Assembly: GCA_002457605.1 (NCBI GenBank)
Contig: NTJT01000003.1
Location: 8,748 to 72,747, forward strand
DNA length: 64,000 nucleotides
Source: Marine Group II euryarchaeote MED-G34
GTDB taxonomy: Archaea; Thermoplasmatota; Poseidoniia; Poseidoniales; Thalassarchaeaceae
Direction: 5' to 3'
Below the pieces are notes generated by a model. It was not told the origin of the DNA. It did not search any database and saw nothing but the letters and a program-made list of their open reading frames with translations. The translations under genes were made by a program, and so were the position numbers. Below are positions 46,668-57,375 of this stretch, one piece after another; position 1 is the stretch's first letter, and the number at the start of each line of letters is the position of its first letter.

Positions 46668-48908
46668 GTGGCTCCGCCTTTCCCATTAGAGGCGGCGGAA
46701 ATGGAGCATGTAGCGATATTCATGGCTTGGCCATATGCAAACGGCCCTCTTCATTTAGGCCACGTAGCTGGCAACTGCCTCCCTGCGGACATACAATATC
46801 GATACGAACGTGCTCGAGGACGAAGTGTACTGATGTGCAGCGGTTCCGATGAACATGGAACACCCATAACTCTCACCGCAGAACAGGAAGGCGTAGGACC
46901 ACAGGAAATAGTCGATAAGTTTCATGAAGTGAATATGAAGGCATTAATTGACTTGGGTTGCTCATGGGGAAATAATGTAGATTCCAGAGGAATAGAGTTC
47001 GGGGGAGCGCTATACAACAGAACTTCTGATTATCGACATAAGGAAATTGTTAGAGAGGTCTTCACAGAATTACTCGATGCGAATATGTTATCCACAGAGA
47101 TCATGCAGCAGTATTGCTCAATTTCAGAAGAGGGGGCAGTACGATTCCTTCCTGACAGATATGTGGAAGGAGATTGTCCCGTATGTTCAGCTTCTGGGGC
47201 CCGAGGGGATCAATGCGACGATTGTGGAGCTACTTACGAGGCCAATGAACTAGTGAATCCCCGTTCCAAACTGGATTCTTCCTCAGCAATCGAAGTTAGA
47301 GATACTGAGCACTTATTCTTCAGATTAGATATGTTCCAGGAATCATTACTATCTCATTACGAAGATCGTAAAGGAACATGGAGACCAAATGTACGTGCGA
47401 TGACAAAGAATTGGTTAGACATGGGCCTTCGGCCGCGTGCTGTGACTAGAGATATTGAGTGGGGAATAGAACTACCTCTAGAGGGAGAGGAGTGGAAATC
47501 GAAGAGAGTGTATGTGTGGTTTGAAGCCGTTCAGGGATACTATACATGTGCACGTATTTGGGCAGAGAGGTTCGCAACCAAGTCCGGGCATTCCGATGGC
47601 AATCATGCATGGGAGCGTTGGTGGAAGATTTCTGAAGATGGAGATCAACCAAAGCACATCTACTTCATGGGTAAGGACAACATTCCGTTTCATACAATTA
47701 TCTGGCCTGCAATAATTATGGGGATAAATGCTGCAAATTCGGGTGAGGGCATCACGCACACACCAGAACCTGGACATTTGGCTCTTGAATACAACGTCCC
47801 TGCAAACGAATACCTGATGTTACAAGGTGGCCAATTCAGCAAGAGTCGTCGACACGCGGTATGGCTACCATCGTTTTTGAGTAGGTTTGATCCTGATACG
47901 CTGAGATATTACCTCTCAATCAACATGCCCGAAAGTCATGATACAGATTTCCGATGGAATGAGTACGTAGATAGGGTCAATAACGAGTTGATTGGAACAT
48001 ACGCAAATTTCGTACACAGAGTCATGACATTGGCACACAGATTACCTTCCGAGGAGGGAAATCCCCTCTCTCCATTTTTCAATCCATCTGATTTTCCCCA
48101 GTATTCATCAGATATTGACGAACTAATGTCTGCAGCAATTGAATCGATGGAGCAACAGAGATTCAAAGAAGCACTGCGTAGCATAATGGGCATTGCACAG
48201 TTGGGCAATTCAATACTGCAGATTGCATCTCCATGGAAGTATTTGGATAATCATGATTCCGAGGAGGCAAAATCTGCACTGTCAGCATTAGCGTTTTCTT
48301 GGTCTATGTGCCGAGGTTTAGCAGTGGCCCTAAGGCCATTCCTACCATTCCAGTCTGACCGACTATGGGCGATGTTAGGTGAGGAAACAGATATTGATAC
48401 AATACTCTGGGACGAAGCGTTTTCATTAGATAGCTTGAGTTGGAACTCAACAAAACCGAATCCTTTGTTCAAAAGATTGGATTTAGAGGAAATTATTGCA
48501 ACCGAGATGGCTGTAGCCGAGGAAGGAGCAGATAGCAAGGTCAATGAGACCGACACCGCACCCAAAGAGTCAGGGGGCGATTACATCGATTACGAGGATT
48601 TCTTGAAAGTAGAGATGAAGACGGGGAAAATCACTTCTGTTGATGACCATCCTAATGCCGACAAATTATACGTTATCACAATTGAAGATGCCCCCCAATC
48701 TAGTCGCACTATTTGTGCTGGATTGAAAGGGGTGGTGGATGCTTCCGATCTCCTAGGTCTCAATGTAGTATACGTGGCAAATCTGAAACCAAGGGATCTC
48801 AGGGGCGTGATTTCCGATGGAATGCTCTTAGCAGCTGAAGATGATAATGGAAAAGTTTCGGTACTGACGATTAGTGAAGACTTGGCACCAGGCTCAATTG
48901 TTCGTTGA
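46668..48908 (+). CDS. metG: Methionine--tRNA ligase with C-terminal EMAP/Trbp111-like tRNA-binding domain
   Basis: HIGH-type LHLGHVAG, Zn knuckles CPVC...CDDCG, KMSKS-type QFSKSRRH, C-terminal KVEMKTGKITSVDDHPNADKLYV. Start is GTG 46668 or ATG 46701. Confidence 0.9.
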   Translation: MAPPFPLEAAEMEHVAIFMAWPYANGPLHLGHVAGNCLPADIQYRYERARGRSVLMCSGSDEHGTPITLTAEQEGVGPQEIVDKFHEVNMKALIDLGCSWGNNVDSRGIEFGGALYNRTSDYRHKEIVREVFTELLDANMLSTEIMQQYCSISEEGAVRFLPDRYVEGDCPVCSASGARGDQCDDCGATYEANELVNPRSKLDSSSAIEVRDTEHLFFRLDMFQESLLSHYEDRKGTWRPNVRAMTKNWLDMGLRPRAVTRDIEWGIELPLEGEEWKSKRVYVWFEAVQGYYTCARIWAERFATKSGHSDGNHAWERWWKISEDGDQPKHIYFMGKDNIPFHTIIWPAIIMGINAANSGEGITHTPEPGHLALEYNVPANEYLMLQGGQFSKSRRHAVWLPSFLSRFDPDTLRYYLSINMPESHDTDFRWNEYVDRVNNELIGTYANFVHRVMTLAHRLPSEEGNPLSPFFNPSDFPQYSSDIDELMSAAIESMEQQRFKEALRSIMGIAQLGNSILQIASPWKYLDNHDSEEAKSALSALAFSWSMCRGLAVALRPFLPFQSDRLWAMLGEETDIDTILWDEAFSLDSLSWNSTKPNPLFKRLDLEEIIATEMAVAEEGADSKVNETDTAPKESGGDYIDYEDFLKVEMKTGKITSVDDHPNADKLYVITIEDAPQSSRTICAGLKGVVDASDLLGLNVVYVANLKPRDLRGVISDGMLLAAEDDNGKVSVLTISEDLAPGSIVR

Positions 48909-49439
48909 ATCTGGCTCGTCGAAGAATTCCCACTGCATTGCTGCTAATTCAGCATTTGTCTTGGCATTTGAATAGGCCTCCAATGGATTGCTATTCAGAT
49001 TCAAGAATTCATTCCCGAATGCGAATGGTTCGATGATTTTCCGACCTTGATCCCATCTTCCAGATATTATGACAGAGGCACATAGGGCTTCAGCGGTAGT
49101 CAATCTACCCGGTTTGCCCCACGATACTGGGTTAGCTGCGAGTAAAACGGGCAAAGTCCTTCCTCCAAGTCTAGTATGGCGAGATACCTCCTTGATTGCA
49201 CTATCCAGGGATTTCCACGAACAGTCCAGTGCGACAATTGATCCTCCCCTGTGTAGCAGTGTATTATCCCCTGGTCCCTGTAACGTTCCAGATTGTGGGT
49301 TAAGTAAGATACCTCTCTTGGGTGCTTGGCGCGGATGATGGTGCAATTCAGCATGGCCCCTAGTCTCCATGGCCCTTGCAGTGCACTTACGAGGATCATC
49401 CTGATTCAGGTGAATTACATGAAGGGGAACTTCAGCCAT
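48894..49439 (-). CDS. tsr3: 16S rRNA aminocarboxypropyltransferase Tsr3
   Basis: NQDDPRKCTA, VALDCSW, LPVLLAANPVSWGKPGRLTTAEAL, NEFLNLNSNPLEAY match the Tsr3/DUF367 pattern. Confidence 0.8.
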   Translation of the reverse strand: MAEVPLHVIHLNQDDPRKCTARAMETRGHAELHHHPRQAPKRGILLNPQSGTLQGPGDNTLLHRGGSIVALDCSWKSLDSAIKEVSRHTRLGGRTLPVLLAANPVSWGKPGRLTTAEALCASVIISGRWDQGRKIIEPFAFGNEFLNLNSNPLEAYSNAKTNAELAAMQWEFFDEPDSTNN

Positions 49440-49938
49440 CAGAGTCCCCTTTAGTCAAGTAGTCCTCTAAGGCATCAGCGATTGTCAGCCCCCTGCCTCC
49501 TCCTGGAGATAGTTGCGCGTCATATTCAATGTTTGACTCCCCTAGTAGGACTATACCTAGTACCTTCTCCAACTTCGCCACCAACTCATCTGTAGGTCTA
49601 GAACCGTTCTCAATTCTCTGTATTGTGTTAAGTCTCTCATTCATCCTCATTGCTAGATCTTTCTGCTCCCATCCTTTGGAGACCCTTTCATTCCTGATTC
49701 GTACGTGAAAGTCACTCAATAATGTCCCTCTAACAGAAGGTATGTGTTGTCTACGATTACTACCAGAATGCTTCTGTTGAGTTTTAGTATTTTCAACTCG
49801 AGAGTTTCTAAAGGGAGATTCGAATAATTCCAAACTCATGGAATCTATGCATCGTGAACAGGCTTCAACATTGACGTCAGAAGCAATTGCTTGCTGGGTC
49901 TGATGGGTATCGGAACCGCACAACTCACATGTTCCCAT
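49432..49938 (-). CDS. mbf1: Archaeal multiprotein-bridging factor 1 (Zn ribbon + HTH)
   Basis: N-terminal CELCGS...CSRC and a C-terminal Cro/C1-type HTH (IRNERVSKGWEQKDLAMRMNERLNTIQRIENG). Start placed at the ATG 49938. Confidence 0.8.
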   Translation of the reverse strand: MGTCELCGSDTHQTQQAIASDVNVEACSRCIDSMSLELFESPFRNSRVENTKTQQKHSGSNRRQHIPSVRGTLLSDFHVRIRNERVSKGWEQKDLAMRMNERLNTIQRIENGSRPTDELVAKLEKVLGIVLLGESNIEYDAQLSPGGGRGLTIADALEDYLTKGDSDG

Positions 49939-50012
49939 AACCCGGCAGAATGGGAATACGAGATTACCCTTCGGGTGGGAATGGTCAAAAACTCTGATGA
50001 GAGTAGAAGTTC

Positions 50013-51251
50013 GTGTCGAGCGAGGCAGAGGATGCACCCAAGGGCGACAATAGCCAGATACACGAATCGCGTGATTCCATTAGAGGGGCTCTCACATCAG
50101 TACAGAAAGAACTGAAGGAACTCTCAGAGAGTGCCCAACAACTACTTACTGAGAAATTGTTTCTTGAGAATGAGTGTTCTCAATTAAAGAAGCGAGTTAA
50201 TAGATTAGATGAAGAGCTTAGAAATCTACGATCTCCTCCATTTGTGATTGGTTTTGTCCAGGACCGTATTGGCGACAATGCTGTTGTTAGGAGCTCGAAT
50301 GGAACAGTCTTCCTTGTTACTGTCAATAGGCGTATTGATGAAGCTTCCATAGCACCCGGAGCAAGGGTAGCGATGAATCAAGATACTCTTTCGATTATCG
50401 AAGTTCTTGACAACGCGTGGGACCCATTGGTATCTGGTGCGGAGATTCTAGAGCGACCAGAAACAAGATTCACAGATCTAGGTGGGCTCGATGAACAAAT
50501 ATCCCAACTAAGGCAGTGCATCGAATTACCATTGGCTAGACCGGAGGCATTCAGAGAATTTGGCATTGATCCACCTAAAGGAGTTCTCATCACAGGCCCA
50601 CCTGGTACAGGAAAGACAATGCTTGCCAAAGCTGTAGCAAATTCCACAGAAGTCACATTCCTAAGTCTCGTTGGTTCCGAATTAGCCCAGAAGTATATCG
50701 GAGAGGGTGGGCGTATGGTCCGTGAGTTGTTTGAATTAGCAAGAGCCAAATCCCCTTCCATAATTTTCATCGATGAGATTGACGCAATTGGATCGAAGAG
50801 GCTTGATGTTGCCACTTCTGGAGATAGGGAGGTTCAGAGGACCCTGATGCAACTTCTTGCTGAACTTGACGGGTTCGATTCATTGGATAACGTCAAGGTA
50901 ATCGCTGCTACAAATCGCCCCGAATTACTTGATGCGGCGCTACTTAGACCGGGAAGATTCGATAGGATAATCACCATAAATAGTCCGAATTCAGAAGCAA
51001 GAGAATTGATATTTGAGGTTCATTGCAAGCACATGCCACTTACTGACGGTGTGAGTTATCGTAAACTATCAATTGCTACTGAAGGTTACAGTGGGGCTGA
51101 AATCAAGTCTGTTGTCATCGAAGCAGGAATGCAAGCAATAACTGATGGTAGATCATCATGCAATCACAAGGATTTCATGGATGCAATTTCAACAATCGAT
51201 ATCAAACGCAATGAATCCGACTATAGTGGTCCAGATTCTCTCTATCGTTGA
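50013..51251 (+). CDS. pan: Proteasome-activating nucleotidase (AAA+ ATPase)
   Basis: N-terminal coiled coil, OB region, Walker A GPPGTGKTMLAKAVA, Walker B IIFIDEID. GTG start; there is no in-frame ATG near the N-terminus. Confidence 0.9.
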   Translation: MSSEAEDAPKGDNSQIHESRDSIRGALTSVQKELKELSESAQQLLTEKLFLENECSQLKKRVNRLDEELRNLRSPPFVIGFVQDRIGDNAVVRSSNGTVFLVTVNRRIDEASIAPGARVAMNQDTLSIIEVLDNAWDPLVSGAEILERPETRFTDLGGLDEQISQLRQCIELPLARPEAFREFGIDPPKGVLITGPPGTGKTMLAKAVANSTEVTFLSLVGSELAQKYIGEGGRMVRELFELARAKSPSIIFIDEIDAIGSKRLDVATSGDREVQRTLMQLLAELDGFDSLDNVKVIAATNRPELLDAALLRPGRFDRIITINSPNSEARELIFEVHCKHMPLTDGVSYRKLSIATEGYSGAEIKSVVIEAGMQAITDGRSSCNHKDFMDAISTIDIKRNESDYSGPDSLYR

Positions 51252-51297
51252 TGAGCAATCCTCTTGACTCGTAAGCCCGAGGCGGCGTTGTGGTAGC

Positions 51298-52332
51298 ATG
51301 TTGATTGAGTGCGTGCCAAATTTTAGTGAAGGTAGAGACCCTACCATTATCGATGCAATCACTGACTCCATTAGTTCGATAGATGGTGTTTCAATCCTAG
51401 ATGTCGACATGGGCTATGATTTCAATCGCACCGTTGTAACGATGGTGGGCCAACCAGAATCTGTACTAGAAGCTGCAATTAGGAGCACTGCAGTAGCAAT
51501 GGAACTAATCGATATGAGAAAGCATCATGGTGAGCATGCTAGAATGGGTGCTGTAGATGTAGTCCCATTTATCCCACTAGAGGGGGCTACGATCGAAGCC
51601 TGTGTATCCCTATCAGAAAGATACGCAGACGCAGTATCGAAACAATTCGATTTACCTGTATATTTGTACGCAGAATCTGCTCGAAGTAACCAAAGAATCA
51701 GACTACCAGATATCAGAAGGGGGGAATATGAAGGGCTTGAAGCGAAAATCACCAGTTCTGAATGGATTCCAGATTATGGAAAGGCCGAATTCAAACCGAG
51801 AATAGGAGCTACAGCAACGGGTGCTCGCCAGATTCTGATTGCCTTCAATGTCAACCTCAATACTTCTGATAAGAAGAAGGCCAACACAATCGCTGGAGCC
51901 ATTCGAACCAGTGGTGTAATTCTACGTGATGATAATGGGGAAAAAATACTTTCAGATGATGGAAAACCAACCAGAAAACCAGGAATATTCCAACACCTCC
52001 AAGCAGCCGGATGGATGTATAATCAAGATATTGCACAAGTTTCAATGAACCTCCTAAATCACAATGTTACGGGATTACATTCTGTGACAGATGCTATTAG
52101 GATCGAAGCTAAAAAAATCGGCCTAGAGGCAGTAGCGGGAGAATTGGTCGGACTGGTTCCCCTCGGTGCGTTAGTCAGCGCTGGCAAGCACTACCATGAT
52201 GAACCAGATAATGCAGATCATGCTACATTAGTACAATCTGCAATTCAGGGCCTAATGTTGGATGAACTTGGGGAATTCGATGCCCACAACAGTATCATAG
52301 AGTGGGCACTAGAGGCTAATTTGGGTGATTGA
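51298..52332 (+). CDS. ftcD: Glutamate formimidoyltransferase (FTCD N-terminal-domain homologue)
   Basis: N-terminal IECVPNFSEGRD signature. 344 aa. Confidence 0.9.
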   Translation: MLIECVPNFSEGRDPTIIDAITDSISSIDGVSILDVDMGYDFNRTVVTMVGQPESVLEAAIRSTAVAMELIDMRKHHGEHARMGAVDVVPFIPLEGATIEACVSLSERYADAVSKQFDLPVYLYAESARSNQRIRLPDIRRGEYEGLEAKITSSEWIPDYGKAEFKPRIGATATGARQILIAFNVNLNTSDKKKANTIAGAIRTSGVILRDDNGEKILSDDGKPTRKPGIFQHLQAAGWMYNQDIAQVSMNLLNHNVTGLHSVTDAIRIEAKKIGLEAVAGELVGLVPLGALVSAGKHYHDEPDNADHATLVQSAIQGLMLDELGEFDAHNSIIEWALEANLGD

Positions 52333-52972
52333 GTTGAATGATGGATATCGCGAAATTCTAGATTCAATTGCATCTGATTCACCCACGCCGGGGGGAGGTT
52401 CAGTTGCAGCTCTATCTCTTGCACACGCTCATGCACTTGTTTGCATGGTATCCAGGCTCACTCTCAAGAGTGATAAATGGAAATCTGGACATGAATCTGC
52501 ACAAAATGCTCTCAGTTCGTCAAATGAAGGTATATCATATGCCATAGAATTAGCACATAGGGATGCTCGATCATTTGACTCTGTGATTTCAGCGTTTAGG
52601 ATGCCAAAATCTACTGAATCTGAACTTTCTAATAGGCGTGAGGCAATACAACAAGGCTACATTAGGGCCGCAGAAGTGCCTATGGAAACTGCCCGATCGG
52701 GGTGTGAACTACTGGGAATAACACTAATTGAACTCGCAACTAACTGCAATGCCAATGCAATTACGGATTTGGGAGCAGCAGCAGAGTTGACACACTCCGC
52801 GATAAGCATTGCAGCACTAAACGTCAGAATAAATATTGATTCGGTCGGGCCTAACATTACGTCAGAAACTGATGTTCTTCTTGCTTCAATGAACAGAATG
52901 ATTGATGACATCGAATCTCATGGTGCAAAACTAACCGGTGAAATTCGCGAGATTGTATCACGCAGGATGTGA
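52325..52972 (+). CDS. Formimidoyltetrahydrofolate cyclodeaminase
   Basis: SPTPGGGSVAAL signature. 215 aa. GTG start overlapping the ftcD stop by 8 nt. Confidence 0.85.
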   Translation: MIELNDGYREILDSIASDSPTPGGGSVAALSLAHAHALVCMVSRLTLKSDKWKSGHESAQNALSSSNEGISYAIELAHRDARSFDSVISAFRMPKSTESELSNRREAIQQGYIRAAEVPMETARSGCELLGITLIELATNCNANAITDLGAAAELTHSAISIAALNVRINIDSVGPNITSETDVLLASMNRMIDDIESHGAKLTGEIREIVSRRM

Positions 52973-52976
52973 TGAT

Positions 52977-54983
52977 ATGGAATTCTCTGATGATGTTTGT
53001 ATAGGGATTCCTACAGAATTACCTGAATCGATTAGAATTGATGACACACTGGACCATGCCCCTTCTCGCCCGGTTCACTTGACGTCCAATCAGAAACGCC
53101 TTGCATTACGAAATGCACTACGATACTTCCCATCTGATTGGCACGCCGAGTTAGCACCTGAGTTCGCTACTGAATTAGAGACTCTTGGACATATTTACAT
53201 GCATAGATTTAGGCCTCAATATCCCATGCATGCTCGTTCAATATCTGAATATCCAGCAAAGAATGATCAGTGCGCGGCGATAATGTTGATGATTCAGAAT
53301 AATCTCGATCCTAATGTTGCCCAGTACCCACATGAACTAGTGACATACGGTGGTAACGGAACCGTATTTCAAAACTGGATACAATATAGACTAACAATGT
53401 CCTATCTGTCTACTATGGGTGAGAATCAGACTTTAGTAATGTATTCCGGACATCCATTGGGGTTATTCCCGTCAAATCCGAATTCCCCAAGAGTCGTGGT
53501 GACAAATGGAATGGTTATACCTAATCATTCATCTCAGGATGACTATGAATTGATGAATGCTATTGGAGTCACTCAGTATGGTCAAATGACTGCTGGTTCA
53601 TACATGTACATAGGCCCCCAGGGGATAGTACACGGGACGACAATAACTCTGTTGAATGCTGCTCGCAAATATATTGGAATTAGTGCCGAAGAAGGATTGG
53701 GTGGCATTATGTATGTCACTTCTGGACTTGGTGGAATGTCAGGAGCTCAGGCGAAGGCAGCAGTTATCTCAGGTGCAGTTGCAGTAATTGCTGAGTGTAA
53801 CGAATTCGCAGCCAAAAAAAGGTATCAACAGGGATGGTTGTCTGAATTATTCTATGATTTAGAACCTCTACTCGATCGTGCAGAACAAGCCAAATCTCAA
53901 CGTGAGGCCGTGTCATTGGGATTCGTAGGTAACATAGTTGATCTTTTGGAAGGCCTCATAGATCGGCAAATATGTCCAGAGTTAGGCAGTGATCAGACAA
54001 GCCTACACAACCCATGGCTGGGTGGGTATATGCCTGTAGGAATGAACTATGATGATGGAATTAGAGCTCTGAAGGAAGATCCTAAGCAGTTTAGGAATGC
54101 TGTCAAAGCAAGCCTTATTCGACACGCCGATGCGATAAACACCCTATCAGAACGCGGTATGCACTTCTGGGATTATGGTAACGCATTCCTGCTAGAATGC
54201 TCCAAGGCAGGTGCTGATGTTGTATCTGAGAGTGGTGATTTCCGATACCCCTCGTATGTAGAAGATATCATGGGGCCAATATGCTTCGATTATGGATTTG
54301 GCCCCTTCAGATGGGTCTGCACTTCAGGATCTCAAAAAGATCTAGATGTAACTGATGAAATTGCTTCTGGTATACTCAGAGATTTATTCAATTCTGCATC
54401 GGACGATACTCGACTCCAGTATGCGGATAATTTGAAGTGGATTGAGAATGCAAATGCTCACGACCTAGTTGTTGGCACCAAAGCTAGAATTCTATACGCG
54501 GATGACTCGGGGAGGAGAGGTATTGCTTCTGCATTCAACAAAGCCATCTCTACTGGAAGAATCTCTGCCCCAGTTGTGATTGGTAGGGACCACCACGACG
54601 TAGGTGGTACTGACAGTCCGTATAGGGAGACTGCCAACATCAAAGATGGTTCGATGTTTGCTGCTGATATGTCTGTTCACAACTTTGTCGGCGATGCTTT
54701 CAGAGGGGCTACATGGGTTAGTTTGCATAACGGCGGAGGGGTTGGATGGGGAGAGGTAATCAATGGAGGATTCGGTATGGTACTGGATGGTTCGGATCAA
54801 TGTGAAGAACGTATTCAGTCGATGATATCTTGGGATGTGAACAATGGAATTGCTCGTAGGGCGTGGGCCAATAATCCCGGCTCTGTTTCATCGATCAAGC
54901 TCGCTATGAATCAGAATGACGAACTCTCGATAACATTACCAAATGTTGTGGACGAGAAGATATTGTCTGACCAATACGACTAG
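52977..54983 (+). CDS. hutU: Urocanate hydratase (long form, about 668 aa)
   Basis: ALRNALRYFP, VTYGGNG, GLGGMSGAQ (NAD site), GRDHHDVGGTDSP. Start at the ATG 52977. Confidence 0.9.
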   Translation: MEFSDDVCIGIPTELPESIRIDDTLDHAPSRPVHLTSNQKRLALRNALRYFPSDWHAELAPEFATELETLGHIYMHRFRPQYPMHARSISEYPAKNDQCAAIMLMIQNNLDPNVAQYPHELVTYGGNGTVFQNWIQYRLTMSYLSTMGENQTLVMYSGHPLGLFPSNPNSPRVVVTNGMVIPNHSSQDDYELMNAIGVTQYGQMTAGSYMYIGPQGIVHGTTITLLNAARKYIGISAEEGLGGIMYVTSGLGGMSGAQAKAAVISGAVAVIAECNEFAAKKRYQQGWLSELFYDLEPLLDRAEQAKSQREAVSLGFVGNIVDLLEGLIDRQICPELGSDQTSLHNPWLGGYMPVGMNYDDGIRALKEDPKQFRNAVKASLIRHADAINTLSERGMHFWDYGNAFLLECSKAGADVVSESGDFRYPSYVEDIMGPICFDYGFGPFRWVCTSGSQKDLDVTDEIASGILRDLFNSASDDTRLQYADNLKWIENANAHDLVVGTKARILYADDSGRRGIASAFNKAISTGRISAPVVIGRDHHDVGGTDSPYRETANIKDGSMFAADMSVHNFVGDAFRGATWVSLHNGGGVGWGEVINGGFGMVLDGSDQCEERIQSMISWDVNNGIARRAWANNPGSVSSIKLAMNQNDELSITLPNVVDEKILSDQYD

Positions 54984-55007
54984 CGCGATATTCTAATGCT
55001 ATGAGTC

Positions 55008-56555
55008 GTGCGAAATACGATGAGCAAGCGTATTGTATTGCTTAACGGCAGTTCATTATCAATCAAGGATGTGATTGACGCCGGTGAAGGCTCAGTAGTA
55101 TTCGAAATTGATGAATCAGCTGTAATTGCAATGACTGAGAGCAGGTCGGCTGTGAAGAGAATTCTAGAGAAGGGAGAAGTTGTTTACGGAATAAACACCG
55201 GTTTCGGTGCATTGTCCAGGGTCACCATAGAGCGTGACCAACTGGAGGAGTTACAATACAATCTCATTCGCAGTCATGCTTGTGGAGTAGGGGATGCAAT
55301 GGAACCTGAACACGTACTGATGATGATGGTGATCCGGGCTAACACGCTGTGTATCGGGCACTCTGGTTGTCGTCCAGATGTTGTTGAATTGCTTGTTCGG
55401 ATGGTTAACGAGGGAATTGCACCGGTAGTTCCCAGAATTGGTTCCCTAGGTGCTTCAGGCGATTTGGCACCACTATCGCACATGGCTCTTGGAATGATTG
55501 GAGAGGGCGACTGCAATGTCAGAGATGGCGATATCTGGGCAGAACCTCAGACATCAATATCTGCACTGGAAAATGCAGGACTTGTACCGTTGGTATTACA
55601 GGCCAAGGAAGGACTTTCTCTGATTAATGGCACAAGTCAGATGTGTGCTTATCTCTCAATTTGTGTGACGAATATGGAGCATCTAATTTTTGCCGCGGAC
55701 GTTTCTACTGCCTGCTCCGTTGAGGCAATATTTGGTTCACATTCTCCCTTCGATAGTAGGGTCCACAATGCCAGACCGCAGAGGGGTCAATCGATATCAG
55801 CAGCACGTATTTCCAGTTTACTTATGGGCTCGGATATTAACAAATCACATATTGATTGTGAAAGAGTACAGGATGCATATTCATTCCGCTGTGCCCCCCA
55901 AGTCCATGGCCCGGTAATCGATTTACTAGCCGAATCTAGGCGCATGCTTCAGATTGAGCTTAACAGTGCTACAGACAACCCTCTCATCTTCACAAACGGT
56001 TCCAAAGACGATGTAATCAGCGGAGGGAATTTTCATGGTCAGAATCTATCTCTCGCGGGTGATGCTTTAGCGCTGGCTTGTCACGAGCTGGCATCGATTT
56101 CTGAAAGGCGCATCAACCATGTAATGGATCCGCAATGGACAGGGCAAAATGCATTTCTAGCAAATACTGAGGGCCTTGAAAGTGGACTGATGATAGTACA
56201 ATACGTTGCTGCAGCACTTATCTCGGAGTTACATCTCTTGTCGAATCCTGTTTCAATTAGCAATGTACCGGTCAGTCTGGGAAAGGAAGACCATGTGTCT
56301 ATGGGAGCAACAAGTACTTTCAGGAGCATGCAATCAAGTGTGTTGTTGGCCCAAGTATTGGCAAACGAGTTTGTTTGCAGTTGTGAGGCACTGCGGCGCA
56401 CTGAATTAGATGCTGGCCTAGGGGTTCGTGCAACTACTGTGTGGGTCAATTCGCAAGTCCCAGCTCTCACTTCTGATCGAGCTATGTCCAAGGAATGTAT
56501 GAAACTGGCTCAGGCACTGCTCTCAGGTGGGCTTTCTGAGACACTGGGTGAATAG
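55008..56555 (+). CDS. hutH: Histidine ammonia-lyase
   Basis: MIO-forming GSLGASGDLAPLSH signature. YGINTGFG. Start is GTG 55008 or ATG 55020. Confidence 0.95.
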   Translation: MRNTMSKRIVLLNGSSLSIKDVIDAGEGSVVFEIDESAVIAMTESRSAVKRILEKGEVVYGINTGFGALSRVTIERDQLEELQYNLIRSHACGVGDAMEPEHVLMMMVIRANTLCIGHSGCRPDVVELLVRMVNEGIAPVVPRIGSLGASGDLAPLSHMALGMIGEGDCNVRDGDIWAEPQTSISALENAGLVPLVLQAKEGLSLINGTSQMCAYLSICVTNMEHLIFAADVSTACSVEAIFGSHSPFDSRVHNARPQRGQSISAARISSLLMGSDINKSHIDCERVQDAYSFRCAPQVHGPVIDLLAESRRMLQIELNSATDNPLIFTNGSKDDVISGGNFHGQNLSLAGDALALACHELASISERRINHVMDPQWTGQNAFLANTEGLESGLMIVQYVAAALISELHLLSNPVSISNVPVSLGKEDHVSMGATSTFRSMQSSVLLAQVLANEFVCSCEALRRTELDAGLGVRATTVWVNSQVPALTSDRAMSKECMKLAQALLSGGLSETLGE

Positions 56556-57287
56556 ATGCAAGATCGTCTGCATATGACTAGCCACCCTGGCACCAATCCA
56601 GAACCATTCACGGCCACTGTTGCTGAAATAGATGAGGATTTCATCATATTGAGTGAATCCTATTGTTACCCGCGGGGTGGTGGGCAGCCAGGGGATAGAG
56701 GGTCATTCAATGGAAATTGGGGAGATTCTGAATTTGGCGAAGTGCTTGGAGGTAATTTCATTCGTCATCCAGTAGATTCACCTGATAAATTCTCAGTAGG
56801 TGAACAAATTGAATGCAGAATCAATCAGGAAGTTCGGAACCGTCATGCCAAGATGCATACAGCACAACACATTGTTTCTGCTATGGCTGATGACCTGTGG
56901 GGAGCTGAAACGGCAGGAAATCAGATTAGTACACATTACACCAGAATAGATTTGCTGTTTGAAAACAGGGAAGTATATGACTCTCAGATATTAGAAGACT
57001 CAGTAAATGATATCATAGGCTCAAATACAGAGGTGCTAGTACATGATTGGTCGAGAGAGAAAATTGTTGGGCATGAACAGATGCGACATACAAAATTCAT
57101 GGATCGAATACCCAGTTCAATCCCAACTCTAAGGGTTGTAGAGATTCAGGGTATCGATCTATGCCCTTGTGCAGGAACACATGTTGAAAATACTGATGAT
57201 GTAGAATCAATTGTAATTACGAATGTCAAATCCAAAGGGGCCGGAAAATTCAGAATTACATATCAGTTTGAAAATGAATTAGAATAG
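56556..57287 (+). CDS. alaX: AlaX-type alanyl-tRNA editing protein (tRNA_SAD domain)
   Basis: Zn-binding HxxxH (HTAQHIVS) and CPCAGTHV motifs, N-terminal YPRGGGQPGDRG. The ATG directly follows the hutH stop. Confidence 0.8.
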   Translation: MQDRLHMTSHPGTNPEPFTATVAEIDEDFIILSESYCYPRGGGQPGDRGSFNGNWGDSEFGEVLGGNFIRHPVDSPDKFSVGEQIECRINQEVRNRHAKMHTAQHIVSAMADDLWGAETAGNQISTHYTRIDLLFENREVYDSQILEDSVNDIIGSNTEVLVHDWSREKIVGHEQMRHTKFMDRIPSSIPTLRVVEIQGIDLCPCAGTHVENTDDVESIVITNVKSKGAGKFRITYQFENELE

Positions 57288-57299
57288 GCACTATCCTAT

Positions 57300-57375
57300 T
57301 GGTGGGCTCGGCAGGAATTGAACCTGCGATCTTCGCCATGTCAAGGCGACGTCATAACCCCTAGACCACGAGCCC
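57300..57375 (-). tRNA. tRNA-Val (anticodon GAC), genomically encoded CCA
   Basis: The reverse complement folds by hand into a cloverleaf: acceptor GGGCUCG/CGAGCCC, anticodon stem UCGCC/GGCGA with loop UUGACAU, T arm GCAGG-UUCAAUU-CCUGC, discriminator A, CCA. 76 nt. Confidence 0.9.
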
